Source: an uncultured Myxococcales bacterium
GTDB taxonomy: Bacteria; Myxococcota_A; UBA9042; CAIXZC01
Assembly (NCBI GenBank): GCA_964565265.1
Contig: CAZMEC010000002.1
Coordinates: 1-48,454 of the forward strand
DNA: 48,454 nucleotides
Direction of reading: 5' to 3'
Part shown: positions 36,620 to 44,505 of the stretch, piece by piece
Layout: each line of letters starts with the position of its first letter
Position numbering within the stretch: the stretch's first letter is position 1
The notes under the pieces: generated by a model
Seen by the model: the letters and a program-made list of their open reading frames with translations, nothing else
Database searches by the model: none
Told to the model about the DNA's origin: nothing
Made by a program: the position numbers and the translations under genes

Positions 36620-37077
36620 TGGGGCTCTGGCGCCTCGCAGCTTCGGACCAGATTGATGAACTCGTCGGCGTCCTTGCAGTCCTTGAAGACGCTGGCGTAA
36701 CGAATGTAGGCAATCATGTCCCAGCGCCGCAGGAAGGCCAGGACCTGGTCCCCAATCTCCACGCTGGTGACCTCGGGCCTGCCACTGCCGGACAGCTTGG
36801 CTTCAAGGATCTTGAGGAACTCTTCAATTTTCTTCTGGGGGATCTCCCGCTTCTTGGCCGCCAGGTTGATGGAATGGCGGACCTTGCTGGGGTCGAAGGC
36901 GGTGCGATTCCCAGTGCGCTTCAGCACCATGGGCAGGCAGTTCTCGACCCGCTCGTAGGTGGTGAAGCGCTTGGTGCAGGCCGGGCATTCGCGGCGCCGG
37001 CGGATCTCGTGGCCTTCCATGATGGTCCTGGAGTCCACCACTCGGGACTCCTGTTGATGACAGAAGGGGCACTGCAT
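36616..37077 (-). CDS. nrdR: transcriptional repressor NrdR
   Basis: MQCPFCHQQESRVVDSR...RRRRECPACTKRFTTYE zinc ribbon plus an ATP-cone domain, 153 aa. Confidence 0.93.
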   Translation of the reverse strand: MQCPFCHQQESRVVDSRTIMEGHEIRRRRECPACTKRFTTYERVENCLPMVLKRTGNRTAFDPSKVRHSINLAAKKREIPQKKIEEFLKILEAKLSGSGRPEVTSVEIGDQVLAFLRRWDMIAYIRYASVFKDCKDADEFINLVRSCEAPEPQ

Positions 37078-37079
37078 GG

Positions 37080-37535
37080 CTAGACCTCTTTCAGGAGGAA
37101 CCTGGCTTCCACGGCGCTGATCTTGTCCACCCGGCGGCGATGTCGTTCGTCAAAGGGGGTGGCCAGCCAGGCCTTTACCATTTCGGCGGCGAGGGCCGAG
37201 GCCAACAGCCTCCCCCCAAGCACCAGCACATTGGCGGCGTTGTGTTCGGAGGCGAGGGTGGCGGTCTGGATCGAATGAACCAGGGCGGCCCGGATGCCGG
37301 GCACCTTGTTGGCCACGATGCTGACCCCGATGCCCGTCCCACAGACCAGGATGCCGCGCTGGCACTCCCCCGAGGCCACAGCCTGGGCCACGGGCAGGGC
37401 AAAATCCGGGTAGTCGACACTGAGCTCCGAGCCCGTGCCATAGTCCACGAAGTCGTGGCCCAGGGTCACCAGGGCTTTCTTGAGTTCTTCTTTGAGGGCG
37501 AATCCGCCGTGGTCGGCACCAATTGCAACTTTCAT
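37080..37535 (-). CDS. rpiB: ribose-5-phosphate isomerase B (RpiB/LacA/LacB family)
   Basis: MKVAIGADHGGFALKEEL...GILVCGTGIGVSIVANKVPGIRAAL, 151 aa. Confidence 0.9.
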   Translation of the reverse strand: MKVAIGADHGGFALKEELKKALVTLGHDFVDYGTGSELSVDYPDFALPVAQAVASGECQRGILVCGTGIGVSIVANKVPGIRAALVHSIQTATLASEHNAANVLVLGGRLLASALAAEMVKAWLATPFDERHRRRVDKISAVEARFLLKEV

Positions 37536-37597
37536 GGCGTGCAGAATAAGCCGCGCCTTCTTCCCCAGTCAAGGGGTCCGGGCCCAAAAAAAATGCC

Positions 37598-37627
37598 TTA
37601 GACCGGGGCCGGCTGCTCGTGTACAAT
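37598..37627 (+). promoter_or_regulatory. possible sigma70-type promoter for the aminotransferase-epimerase-hutI string
   Basis: TTAGAC-N18-TACAAT lies in the divergent rpiB/aminotransferase gap. The -10 element ends about 30 nt upstream of the GTG at 37657. Confidence 0.4.
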
Positions 37628-37656
37628 CGGCCCGTTTTACGCTCAAGGAGGCTGCT

Positions 37657-38775
37657 GTGGTCCAACTCCTCGATATCTCCCGGATGCACGCTGAAGTGGA
37701 CGGAGCTATTCGCAAGGCCCTGCTAGGGGTCTACGAGTCCGGCCAATACATCCTGGGCCCCTGGGTCCCCCAGCTTGAGACCCAGCTCGCCGCCTGGCTT
37801 GGCGTGCCCTTTGCGGTGGGCGTCTCCAGCGGCACCGACGCCCTGGTGGCGGCCCTCGACGCGGTTGGCTTCGCTCCCGGCGGGCAGTGGATCACCACGC
37901 CCTTTACCTTCGTTGCCACGGCGGACGCCATCGTGCGCGCCGGCGGCGTCCCGGTCTTCGTGGATGTGGACGAGGACACCCTCCTGGTGGATCCCGAACA
38001 GGTCGATGCCGCCTGCGGCCCCCGCACCGCCGGCCTCCTGCCCGTCCATCTCTTTGGCCAGTGCGCGGATCTGGATGCCCTCCTGGCCATCGCCGGCGCC
38101 CGGTCCCTGCCCCTCATCGAGGACAACGCCCAGGCCATGGGCGCCCTTTGGCATGGCCGGCAGGCGGGCTCCCTGGGGCGCTTCGGCTGCTTCTCCTTCT
38201 TCCCCTCCAAGAATCTTGGCTGCCTTGGGGACGGCGGCCTGGTCACCGCCCAGACCGAGGCCGACGCCATTGAATTGCGGGCCCTGCGCGCCCACGGCTC
38301 GAAGAAGAAGTACCACCACGACCGCATCGGCGGGAACTACCGCCTGGACTCCCTTCAGGCCGCCGTGCTGCTGGCCAAGCTGCCCTCCCTGGAGGCCTGG
38401 AACCGGGCCCGCCAGGAGGTCGCCGCACGCTACCACACGCTCCTCGAACAGGCGGGGCTTGTCTCCCGCGGGTTGCTGCGCCCCCTGGGCCTGAACCCCG
38501 GCTCCACCCATGTCTTCCACCAGTTTGTGGTCCGCGCCAAGGACCGGGACGCCCTGGCCGCCCACCTGGGCAAGCACAACATCGGCAACGCCATCTACTA
38601 CCCCGTCCCGCTTCACCTCCAGCGCTGCTTCGCCAACCTGGGCTACCGCGAGGGATCCTTCCCCGTGGCCGAGAAGGCCTGCCGGGAGGTAATCGCCCTG
38701 CCCATCTTCCCCGGCCTCACCCAGGCCGAACAGGAAGAGGTGGTGGGCCGCATCGCCTCGTTCTATGGAGCTTGA
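37657..38775 (+). CDS. DegT/DnrJ/EryC1/StrS-family PLP-dependent sugar aminotransferase
   Basis: The GTG at 37657 is preceded by AAGGAGG, with an alternative ATG at 37684. Family pattern: QYILGPWVPQLETQLAAWLGVPFAVGVSSGTDAL...FFPSKNLGCLGDGG...GGNYRLDSLQAAVL. Confidence 0.85.
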   Translation: MVQLLDISRMHAEVDGAIRKALLGVYESGQYILGPWVPQLETQLAAWLGVPFAVGVSSGTDALVAALDAVGFAPGGQWITTPFTFVATADAIVRAGGVPVFVDVDEDTLLVDPEQVDAACGPRTAGLLPVHLFGQCADLDALLAIAGARSLPLIEDNAQAMGALWHGRQAGSLGRFGCFSFFPSKNLGCLGDGGLVTAQTEADAIELRALRAHGSKKKYHHDRIGGNYRLDSLQAAVLLAKLPSLEAWNRARQEVAARYHTLLEQAGLVSRGLLRPLGLNPGSTHVFHQFVVRAKDRDALAAHLGKHNIGNAIYYPVPLHLQRCFANLGYREGSFPVAEKACREVIALPIFPGLTQAEQEEVVGRIASFYGA

Positions 38776-38781
38776 CCAAGC

Positions 38782-39747
38782 ATGAAATCCTACTTGATAA
38801 CCGGCGGCGCCGGGTTCATTGGAAGCACTCTCTCGGGGCGGCTCCTTGCCCAGGGGCAGCGGGTGGTCATCCTGGATAACCTGGATCCCTACTACGACCC
38901 CGCCATCAAGCGCTTCAATCTGGCGCGGCTTCAGCGCCTGGGCCAGGACCGGCTGACCTTTGTGGAGGGCGATCTGCGCCGGGACAGCGACCTGGACCGG
39001 GTCTTCTCCCTGGGGCCCTTCGAGGTGGTCATCCATCTGGCCGCCAAGGCGGGGGTCCGCCCCTCCATTGAGATCCCCCACGAATACAACGAGGTCAATG
39101 TCACAGGCCTCCTCAAGATGCTGGAGGCCACCCGCACCCGGGGGCCGGGCCGCATGGTCTTTGCCAGCTCCAGTTCGGTGTACGGCGACGGCGCCTCCCG
39201 GGCCCTCTCCGAGGACCTCCCGGCGGATCAGCCCGTCTCGCCCTACGCGGCCTCCAAGCGCGCCGGCGAGCTCTACTGCCACACCTGGGCCCACCTCTAC
39301 GGCATGGACATCACGGCCCTGCGGTTCTTCACCGTCTATGGCCCCGCCCAGCGCCCCGAGATGGCCATTCACAAGTTCGCCCGCCTCATGGTCGAGGGCA
39401 AAGAGGTCCCCGTCTTCGGCGACGGCCAGTCCAGCCGCGACTACACCTTCGTGGAGGACATCGTGGACGGCATCCTGGCCGCGGCGGACCACCTCCAGGG
39501 CTATCAGGTCTTCAACCTTGGCGGCGGCCGCCCCGTGACCCTGGATCGCCTGGTCACCGTGCTCTCCGACGCCCTGGCTCTGACCCCGCGCATCGTCCGC
39601 TACCCCGCCCAGTCCGGGGATGTCTCCCACACCCTGGCCTCCGTGGAGAAGGCCCGGCGCCTCCTGGGCTACCGCGCCGAGACCCCCATTGAGGTCGGCA
39701 TCGCCGCCTTCGTGGCCTGGTTCAAGGAGTTGAACAGCACCCCATGA
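38782..39747 (+). CDS. NAD-dependent nucleotide-sugar epimerase/dehydratase (SDR, extended)
   Basis: ITGGAGFIGS Rossmann motif and YAASKRAGE catalytic YxxxK, 321 aa. Confidence 0.85.
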   Translation: MKSYLITGGAGFIGSTLSGRLLAQGQRVVILDNLDPYYDPAIKRFNLARLQRLGQDRLTFVEGDLRRDSDLDRVFSLGPFEVVIHLAAKAGVRPSIEIPHEYNEVNVTGLLKMLEATRTRGPGRMVFASSSSVYGDGASRALSEDLPADQPVSPYAASKRAGELYCHTWAHLYGMDITALRFFTVYGPAQRPEMAIHKFARLMVEGKEVPVFGDGQSSRDYTFVEDIVDGILAAADHLQGYQVFNLGGGRPVTLDRLVTVLSDALALTPRIVRYPAQSGDVSHTLASVEKARRLLGYRAETPIEVGIAAFVAWFKELNSTP

Positions 39748-41093
39748 GCCAGTCCCTCCAGACCCAGCCCCGGACCCTCCTGACGGGCATTGCCACGCTG
39801 GTCACCATGGTGCCCGGTCAGGCCAACTGCCAGGAGACCCAGCCGGCTTCCCTGGGGGCCATCTCCAAGGCAGCCCTGCTGATGGAGGGTGGCCGGGTCC
39901 TGGCCGTGGATACGGAGCTTCGCCTGGAGGCTCAGGTCCCCAGGGAGGTGCCCCGCCAGAATCTGGACGCACCGCTGGTGTTGCCGGGCCTGGTGGACTG
40001 CCACACCCACATCGTCTTTGGGGGCAACCGCATCGGCGACTTTGAGGCCCGCTGCAGTGGCCTGGGCTACCAGGAGATCGCCCGCCGGGGCGGGGGCATC
40101 GCCAGCACCATGAAGGCCACCCGCGCCGCCACCACTGAGGAACTCACGGACCTGGCCCGGGGCCGCCTCCAGCACTTCCTGGCCCAGGGGGTCACCTGCC
40201 TTGAGGCCAAGAGCGGCTACGGCCTCTCCACCGCCAGCGAGCTGCGCCTCCTGGAGGTCTGCCGCCACCTTCCCGATCACTTCGGCCACAATGTCCGCTG
40301 CACCTTCCTGGGCGCCCATGTGGTCCCCCCCGAGCACCGCGCCGACCCCCAGGTCTACGAGCAGATCATCCTCCAGGAGATGCTGCCCGAGGTGGCCCGC
40401 CGGGGCCTGGCGGATTTTGCCGATGTCTTCGTTGAAGAGGGCGCCTTCTCCCCCGCCCAGGGCCGCCGCATCCTGGAGGCCGCCAGGGGCCTGGGTCTGG
40501 GCCTCAAGGTCCACGCCGAGCAGATGGGCAACACCGGGGGCTGCGAACTGGCCGCCGAGCTTGGCGCCATCAGCGCCGACCATCTTGACTACGCCGGTCC
40601 CCGGGAGATCCGCTTGCTGGCCGACGCTGGGGTGATTCCCGTGTTTTTGCCCGCCGCCACCCTCTTCCTGGGACACCGCCATTTCCCCGCCGGGCGGGCT
40701 TTTGTGGAAGCAGGTCTTCCCCCCGCCCTCTCTACTGATTACAATCCCGGGTCGGCCATGAGTCCCAACCTGTTGCTGACGGGGACTCTGGGCTGTGTTC
40801 AGTGTGGTCTGACCCCTGAACAGGCGTTGGCTGCTGTGACCACCAGGGCCGCCGCTGCCATGGGTGTTGACGATTCCGGTATTCTGGCTCCTGGTTCCCG
40901 TGCTGATTTTTTTGTCGCCGACAGCCCCGATTGGCGCCAGTTGTTCTATCATTTCGCAGTCTGCCCTGTGGAACGGACATTCATTCTGGGAAGGTGCGTA
41001 TGGAAGCGCTATTCGGAGGTTGCCTCTTATGAAGCCACAAGACCTTCAGTCCAAGCTGAAGGAGGTCACCCAGGTTCTGGGCCCCGCGGCTAA
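39744..41093 (+). CDS. hutI: imidazolonepropionase
   Basis: PGLVDCHTHIVFGGNR, GGGIASTMKATRAA, EAKSGYGL, GAHVVPPE, KVHAEQ, SADHL and STDYNPGS follow the HutI amidohydrolase pattern. Its ATG overlaps the epimerase stop (ATGA). The last ~30 codons lie beyond the expected family end and overlap the next gene. Confidence 0.88.
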   Translation: MSQSLQTQPRTLLTGIATLVTMVPGQANCQETQPASLGAISKAALLMEGGRVLAVDTELRLEAQVPREVPRQNLDAPLVLPGLVDCHTHIVFGGNRIGDFEARCSGLGYQEIARRGGGIASTMKATRAATTEELTDLARGRLQHFLAQGVTCLEAKSGYGLSTASELRLLEVCRHLPDHFGHNVRCTFLGAHVVPPEHRADPQVYEQIILQEMLPEVARRGLADFADVFVEEGAFSPAQGRRILEAARGLGLGLKVHAEQMGNTGGCELAAELGAISADHLDYAGPREIRLLADAGVIPVFLPAATLFLGHRHFPAGRAFVEAGLPPALSTDYNPGSAMSPNLLLTGTLGCVQCGLTPEQALAAVTTRAAAAMGVDDSGILAPGSRADFFVADSPDWRQLFYHFAVCPVERTFILGRCVWKRYSEVASYEATRPSVQAEGGHPGSGPRG

Positions 41094-41880
41094 GTCCTTC
41101 AAGGGCCTCCAGCGGGTCCTGGCCAGCCAGGATCAGGATCCCCTTCTGCTCCATGGTCCCCTGGAGGAGGCCTCGGCGCTGCTGCTTCGCCTTGGGCAGA
41201 CGGCGGCCTCCCTCTCCCTCGAGCTGGATCTGGCTCGCCAGCAGTTGGCCCCGACCCTTAGGGACCGCCAGACCACCTTTGGCGCGGACCTCGAGGACGC
41301 CTTCAAGGAAGCTGGCCTCAAGCTCCACGGCAGATGGCCCCGCTGGACCTCCGGCCCCTGGCAGTTCCTGGCCTCCGACGACCTCAAGACCTGTGAACTT
41401 CAGTGGGGCCCCGGGGTGGAGACCCTGGAGCGCTTCCCCGTTGGCGTGGAGGCCGCCCTGGAGGCCCTCCGCCAGCAGGAGACCCAGTTCGCCTCCGCCC
41501 ACGACCCCGCCGCCCTCCCCCAGTTGCTGCTGGCCGCCACCCGCATGGCCAGCGCCCGCCTGGGCCTTCGCGAAGGCGACCCCGCCCCCCTGAACACCGT
41601 CCACGCCTGTCTGGCGTTCTTGCAGCAGGGCCAGGGCTTTCTGGATCGCCCCACCCGGGCCTCCTGGAAGCAGGACTACTCCCGGGCACGCTTCTCCTTC
41701 GACCTGTCCCGCCTGCGGGGGCTTCGCCTGGAGGACCAGGAACTGCGCCTCCGCGTGGCCACCAGGGACCAGACCAGAAAACCCGGCAACGCCTTCTGGT
41801 TGCCCGATGACGCGTCCGGCAACGGCACGCTGTTCCACTCCGTCCAGTTCGTGAAGAGGGAGGATCAAGTTGGCAGATAA
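41029..41880 (+). CDS. hypothetical protein, 283 aa, first gene of the ATPase-helicase operon
   Basis: The ATG at 41029 has GGAGG 9 nt upstream, and the longer ORF from 40864 lies wholly inside hutI. The product is helical and Leu/Ala/Arg-rich with no recognisable motif. Its stop overlaps the next start by 11 nt. Confidence 0.5.
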   Translation: MKPQDLQSKLKEVTQVLGPAAKSFKGLQRVLASQDQDPLLLHGPLEEASALLLRLGQTAASLSLELDLARQQLAPTLRDRQTTFGADLEDAFKEAGLKLHGRWPRWTSGPWQFLASDDLKTCELQWGPGVETLERFPVGVEAALEALRQQETQFASAHDPAALPQLLLAATRMASARLGLREGDPAPLNTVHACLAFLQQGQGFLDRPTRASWKQDYSRARFSFDLSRLRGLRLEDQELRLRVATRDQTRKPGNAFWLPDDASGNGTLFHSVQFVKREDQVGR

Positions 41881-43102
41881 TCTCAGCAGACAGTGGGCCC
41901 GCCGGATCATTGAAGTCGTCGGGGCCCACGGCATTCCCCCCGAGTGGGGTTCCAACCAGTTCTCTGTGGGCCTGGACCCCTGGCTGGATGTGATGGCCCG
42001 GGACTACCTGGACAGCTATGTGGGTGAGGACGGCGGGGCGGCCTTCAAGTTGGTGGTGGGCGCCTACGGTGGCGGCAAGACCCACTTCCTCTACAACATG
42101 AGGGATCTGGCCTGGCGTCGGGGCTTCGTGGTGGCCTATGTGCCCCTCTCCAAGGATGAAACCCCCTTCCACCGGATGGAACTGGTCTACGCCGCCGTGG
42201 CCCGCACCATCGCCCCCCCCCAGGGTCCCGAGGACCTGGCCGAGGGCGGTCGCCGGGGCCTGGGCGCCATCATCGACCAGATCGCCGTTGGCTTGAAGGC
42301 GCTCAAGGGTGAGGCCCTGGAGGCCGAGATCGAGTCCCGCCTCGCCTCCATCGAGAACCTGGGTTTCCTCCAGGCCATGCGCCGCGCCCTGACCTACGCG
42401 GCCCAGGGCGACCACCGCAACCTCGAACAGGTGCTGGGCTTCCTCATGGGCCAGGACTTCGACCGCAAGTTCCTGCGCAACCTGGGCCTCTCCCGGGGCA
42501 TTGACCGCTCCAACGCCTTCTCCATGCTGCGCTCCCTGGTGCAGTTCCTCCGGGCCTTCAACTACCGCGGCCTGGTGGTCCTCTTCGACGAGGCCGAGCT
42601 CCTCCCCTCCCTGTCCTCCCGCGAGAAGCAAAACCTCCTGGCCAACCTCCGCGAGCTGGTGGACTCCTGTGGCAACAACCAGTTCCAGAATGTGATGTTC
42701 TTCTACGCCGTCCCCGATTACAGCTTCTTTGACGGCAAGCTCAATGTGTACGAGGCCCTCAAACAGCGCCTCGGCTCGGTCTTCGACTTCGACAACCCCA
42801 CGGGCGTCAGCATCGAGCTGGAGCGCACCCTGGGCGACCCCGAGACCGCCCTGCGCCAGATTGGCAGCCGCCTCCTGGCCATCTACCAGACGGCCTACGA
42901 CTGGAAGGCCCCGGGGGACATGGAGCCGCAAATCCAACAACTGGCCAAGGAGGCCTTCCGTCGCCGAGGCGGTGAGATTGGTTACAAGCGCCTCTTCGTG
43001 AAGTCCGCAGTCCGCCTCTTCCACGGCGCCCGCGCCGGCAAGCTCCTCAACGCCACCGCCGAGGAACTCGCGGACCTGCTGCTGCAGGGGGGCGCGGCTT
43101 GA
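41870..43102 (+). CDS. P-loop ATPase, DUF2791/BrxD-like (paralog 1), 410 aa
   Basis: The TTG start has GGGAGGA 6 nt upstream. Walker A is GAYGGGKTHF and Walker B is LVVLFDEAE. The N-terminal region (RRIIEVVGAHGIPPEWGSNQFSVGLDPWLD) resembles the regulatory N-terminus of the family. The family call is by eye. Confidence 0.7.
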   Translation: MADNLSRQWARRIIEVVGAHGIPPEWGSNQFSVGLDPWLDVMARDYLDSYVGEDGGAAFKLVVGAYGGGKTHFLYNMRDLAWRRGFVVAYVPLSKDETPFHRMELVYAAVARTIAPPQGPEDLAEGGRRGLGAIIDQIAVGLKALKGEALEAEIESRLASIENLGFLQAMRRALTYAAQGDHRNLEQVLGFLMGQDFDRKFLRNLGLSRGIDRSNAFSMLRSLVQFLRAFNYRGLVVLFDEAELLPSLSSREKQNLLANLRELVDSCGNNQFQNVMFFYAVPDYSFFDGKLNVYEALKQRLGSVFDFDNPTGVSIELERTLGDPETALRQIGSRLLAIYQTAYDWKAPGDMEPQIQQLAKEAFRRRGGEIGYKRLFVKSAVRLFHGARAGKLLNATAEELADLLLQGGAA

Positions 43103-44505
43103 AGATCGAAGGCTCCCTGCGCGTTTTCCACCGCCATCTTGGCCGTGGCACCCTCCAGTCCCTGATGTTTCGGGGACGGCGGGCCCTGGTCTACTTTGAC
43201 CGCGGCCCCACCCTGGCGGTCTGGGTCAGCGAGCTCACCACCGTGCTGGACGAAGGGCCCATGGGCCGGGGCGTGAAGCTCCGGGCGGACCTGAACCTGC
43301 CTTTGCTGGGGGGGGCCGGGGGGGACCGCAAGATCATTGAGAGCTTCCGCCTGGGCATCGTCCCCGAGTCCGCCGTCCAGGAGTGGACCTTTGGCCGGGA
43401 GGGTGAGCTGTCCTACCTCTCCGAGTGGCTTGCCGACCCGGATGAATCCGTCTTCTATCTTTTCGGCGACTACGGCAGCGGCAAGACCCACTTCCTGAAC
43501 GCCGCGGCCCTGGCCGCCGAGCGCGAAGGCTGGGTGGTGGCCATGGTCCCCCTGGACCCCCTGGACTCCCCCCCCAGCGCCCCCCGCAGGGTCTACAACC
43601 GCATCATGCAGAACCTCCGCTGGCGGGGCCCCGACGGGGCGGCCTGCGACGCCCGGGATTTGATCCAGCGCTGCATCGACGGGGGCATGGACGCGGGCAC
43701 CCCTGACCACCCCTACCTGACCGAGTTCCTCCAGCGCCTGGGGCGCTGCCGCAACCCCGAGCGCCTCTGGGCCTGGCTCATGGGGGAGGAGGAGGGCATC
43801 CTCACGGACCTGCCCACCATGCACGACCACACGACGGCCTCCAACCTGTATTGCAACCTGCTGAGCTTCTTCGGCCACGCCGCCAAGACCTGGTGTGGGG
43901 CCAAGGGGCTGCTGCTGCTGCTGGACGAGGCCGAGATGGTCACGGCGGTGCGGTGGCATCAGCAGATCCAGCGGGGCCTGGACTTCATCACGGGGCTGTC
44001 CCTGGCGGCCAACCTGGACGAACGCCTCATCGACGAGCCCGTGGTCAAGGAAGAGGGCCTGCACATCTATCGGGGGGCCAACACGGGGCTGGTCTATTCG
44101 GGACACCTCAAGGCCCTGCCCTACCTGCACCCCCTGGCCCGGGACGAGCGCACCCTCAAGGTCATCTTCGCCGTCACCCCCACGGACCTGATGCGGGACC
44201 TGGTCGAGCGCCACGACTTTGACGCGATGGACCTGGAGCCCCTGCCCCAGAAGGCCTTGGAGACCCTGTTTGACCGCTTCACGCGGCACTACCGGGAGGT
44301 CCTGGGGGTGTCTGCGGGGCGCCGCGAGATGGACCGCATCAAGCGGGCCCTCTTTGGGGACCTGGCCGTGCACGGCACCCAGCGCCGCTTCATCAAGGGG
44401 ATGGTTGAGGCCATGGACTACCTGCGCTTCCACCACGCCCGGGGCCTGGACTCGCTGCTGGGCATGGACCTGAATCCCGACACCACCTTCGGTGCGAAAT
44501 GGTGA
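43099..44505 (+). CDS. P-loop ATPase, DUF2791/BrxD-like (paralog 2), 468 aa
   Basis: The TTG start overlaps the previous stop (TTGA) and follows a G-rich SD. Walker A is GDYGSGKTHF and Walker B is LLLLLDEAE. A conserved pre-P-loop segment is present (IIESFRLGIVPESAVQEWTFGREGELSYLSEWL). It has about 60 extra N-terminal residues relative to paralog 1. Confidence 0.7.
   Translation: MKIEGSLRVFHRHLGRGTLQSLMFRGRRALVYFDRGPTLAVWVSELTTVLDEGPMGRGVKLRADLNLPLLGGAGGDRKIIESFRLGIVPESAVQEWTFGREGELSYLSEWLADPDESVFYLFGDYGSGKTHFLNAAALAAEREGWVVAMVPLDPLDSPPSAPRRVYNRIMQNLRWRGPDGAACDARDLIQRCIDGGMDAGTPDHPYLTEFLQRLGRCRNPERLWAWLMGEEEGILTDLPTMHDHTTASNLYCNLLSFFGHAAKTWCGAKGLLLLLDEAEMVTAVRWHQQIQRGLDFITGLSLAANLDERLIDEPVVKEEGLHIYRGANTGLVYSGHLKALPYLHPLARDERTLKVIFAVTPTDLMRDLVERHDFDAMDLEPLPQKALETLFDRFTRHYREVLGVSAGRREMDRIKRALFGDLAVHGTQRRFIKGMVEAMDYLRFHHARGLDSLLGMDLNPDTTFGAKW

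Noticed and set aside
37723-40952. Minus-strand ORFs 37723-39630 (635 aa) and 39669-40952 (427 aa)
   Set aside because: They are antisense to the well-supported aminotransferase, epimerase and hutI genes and have shadow-frame composition.
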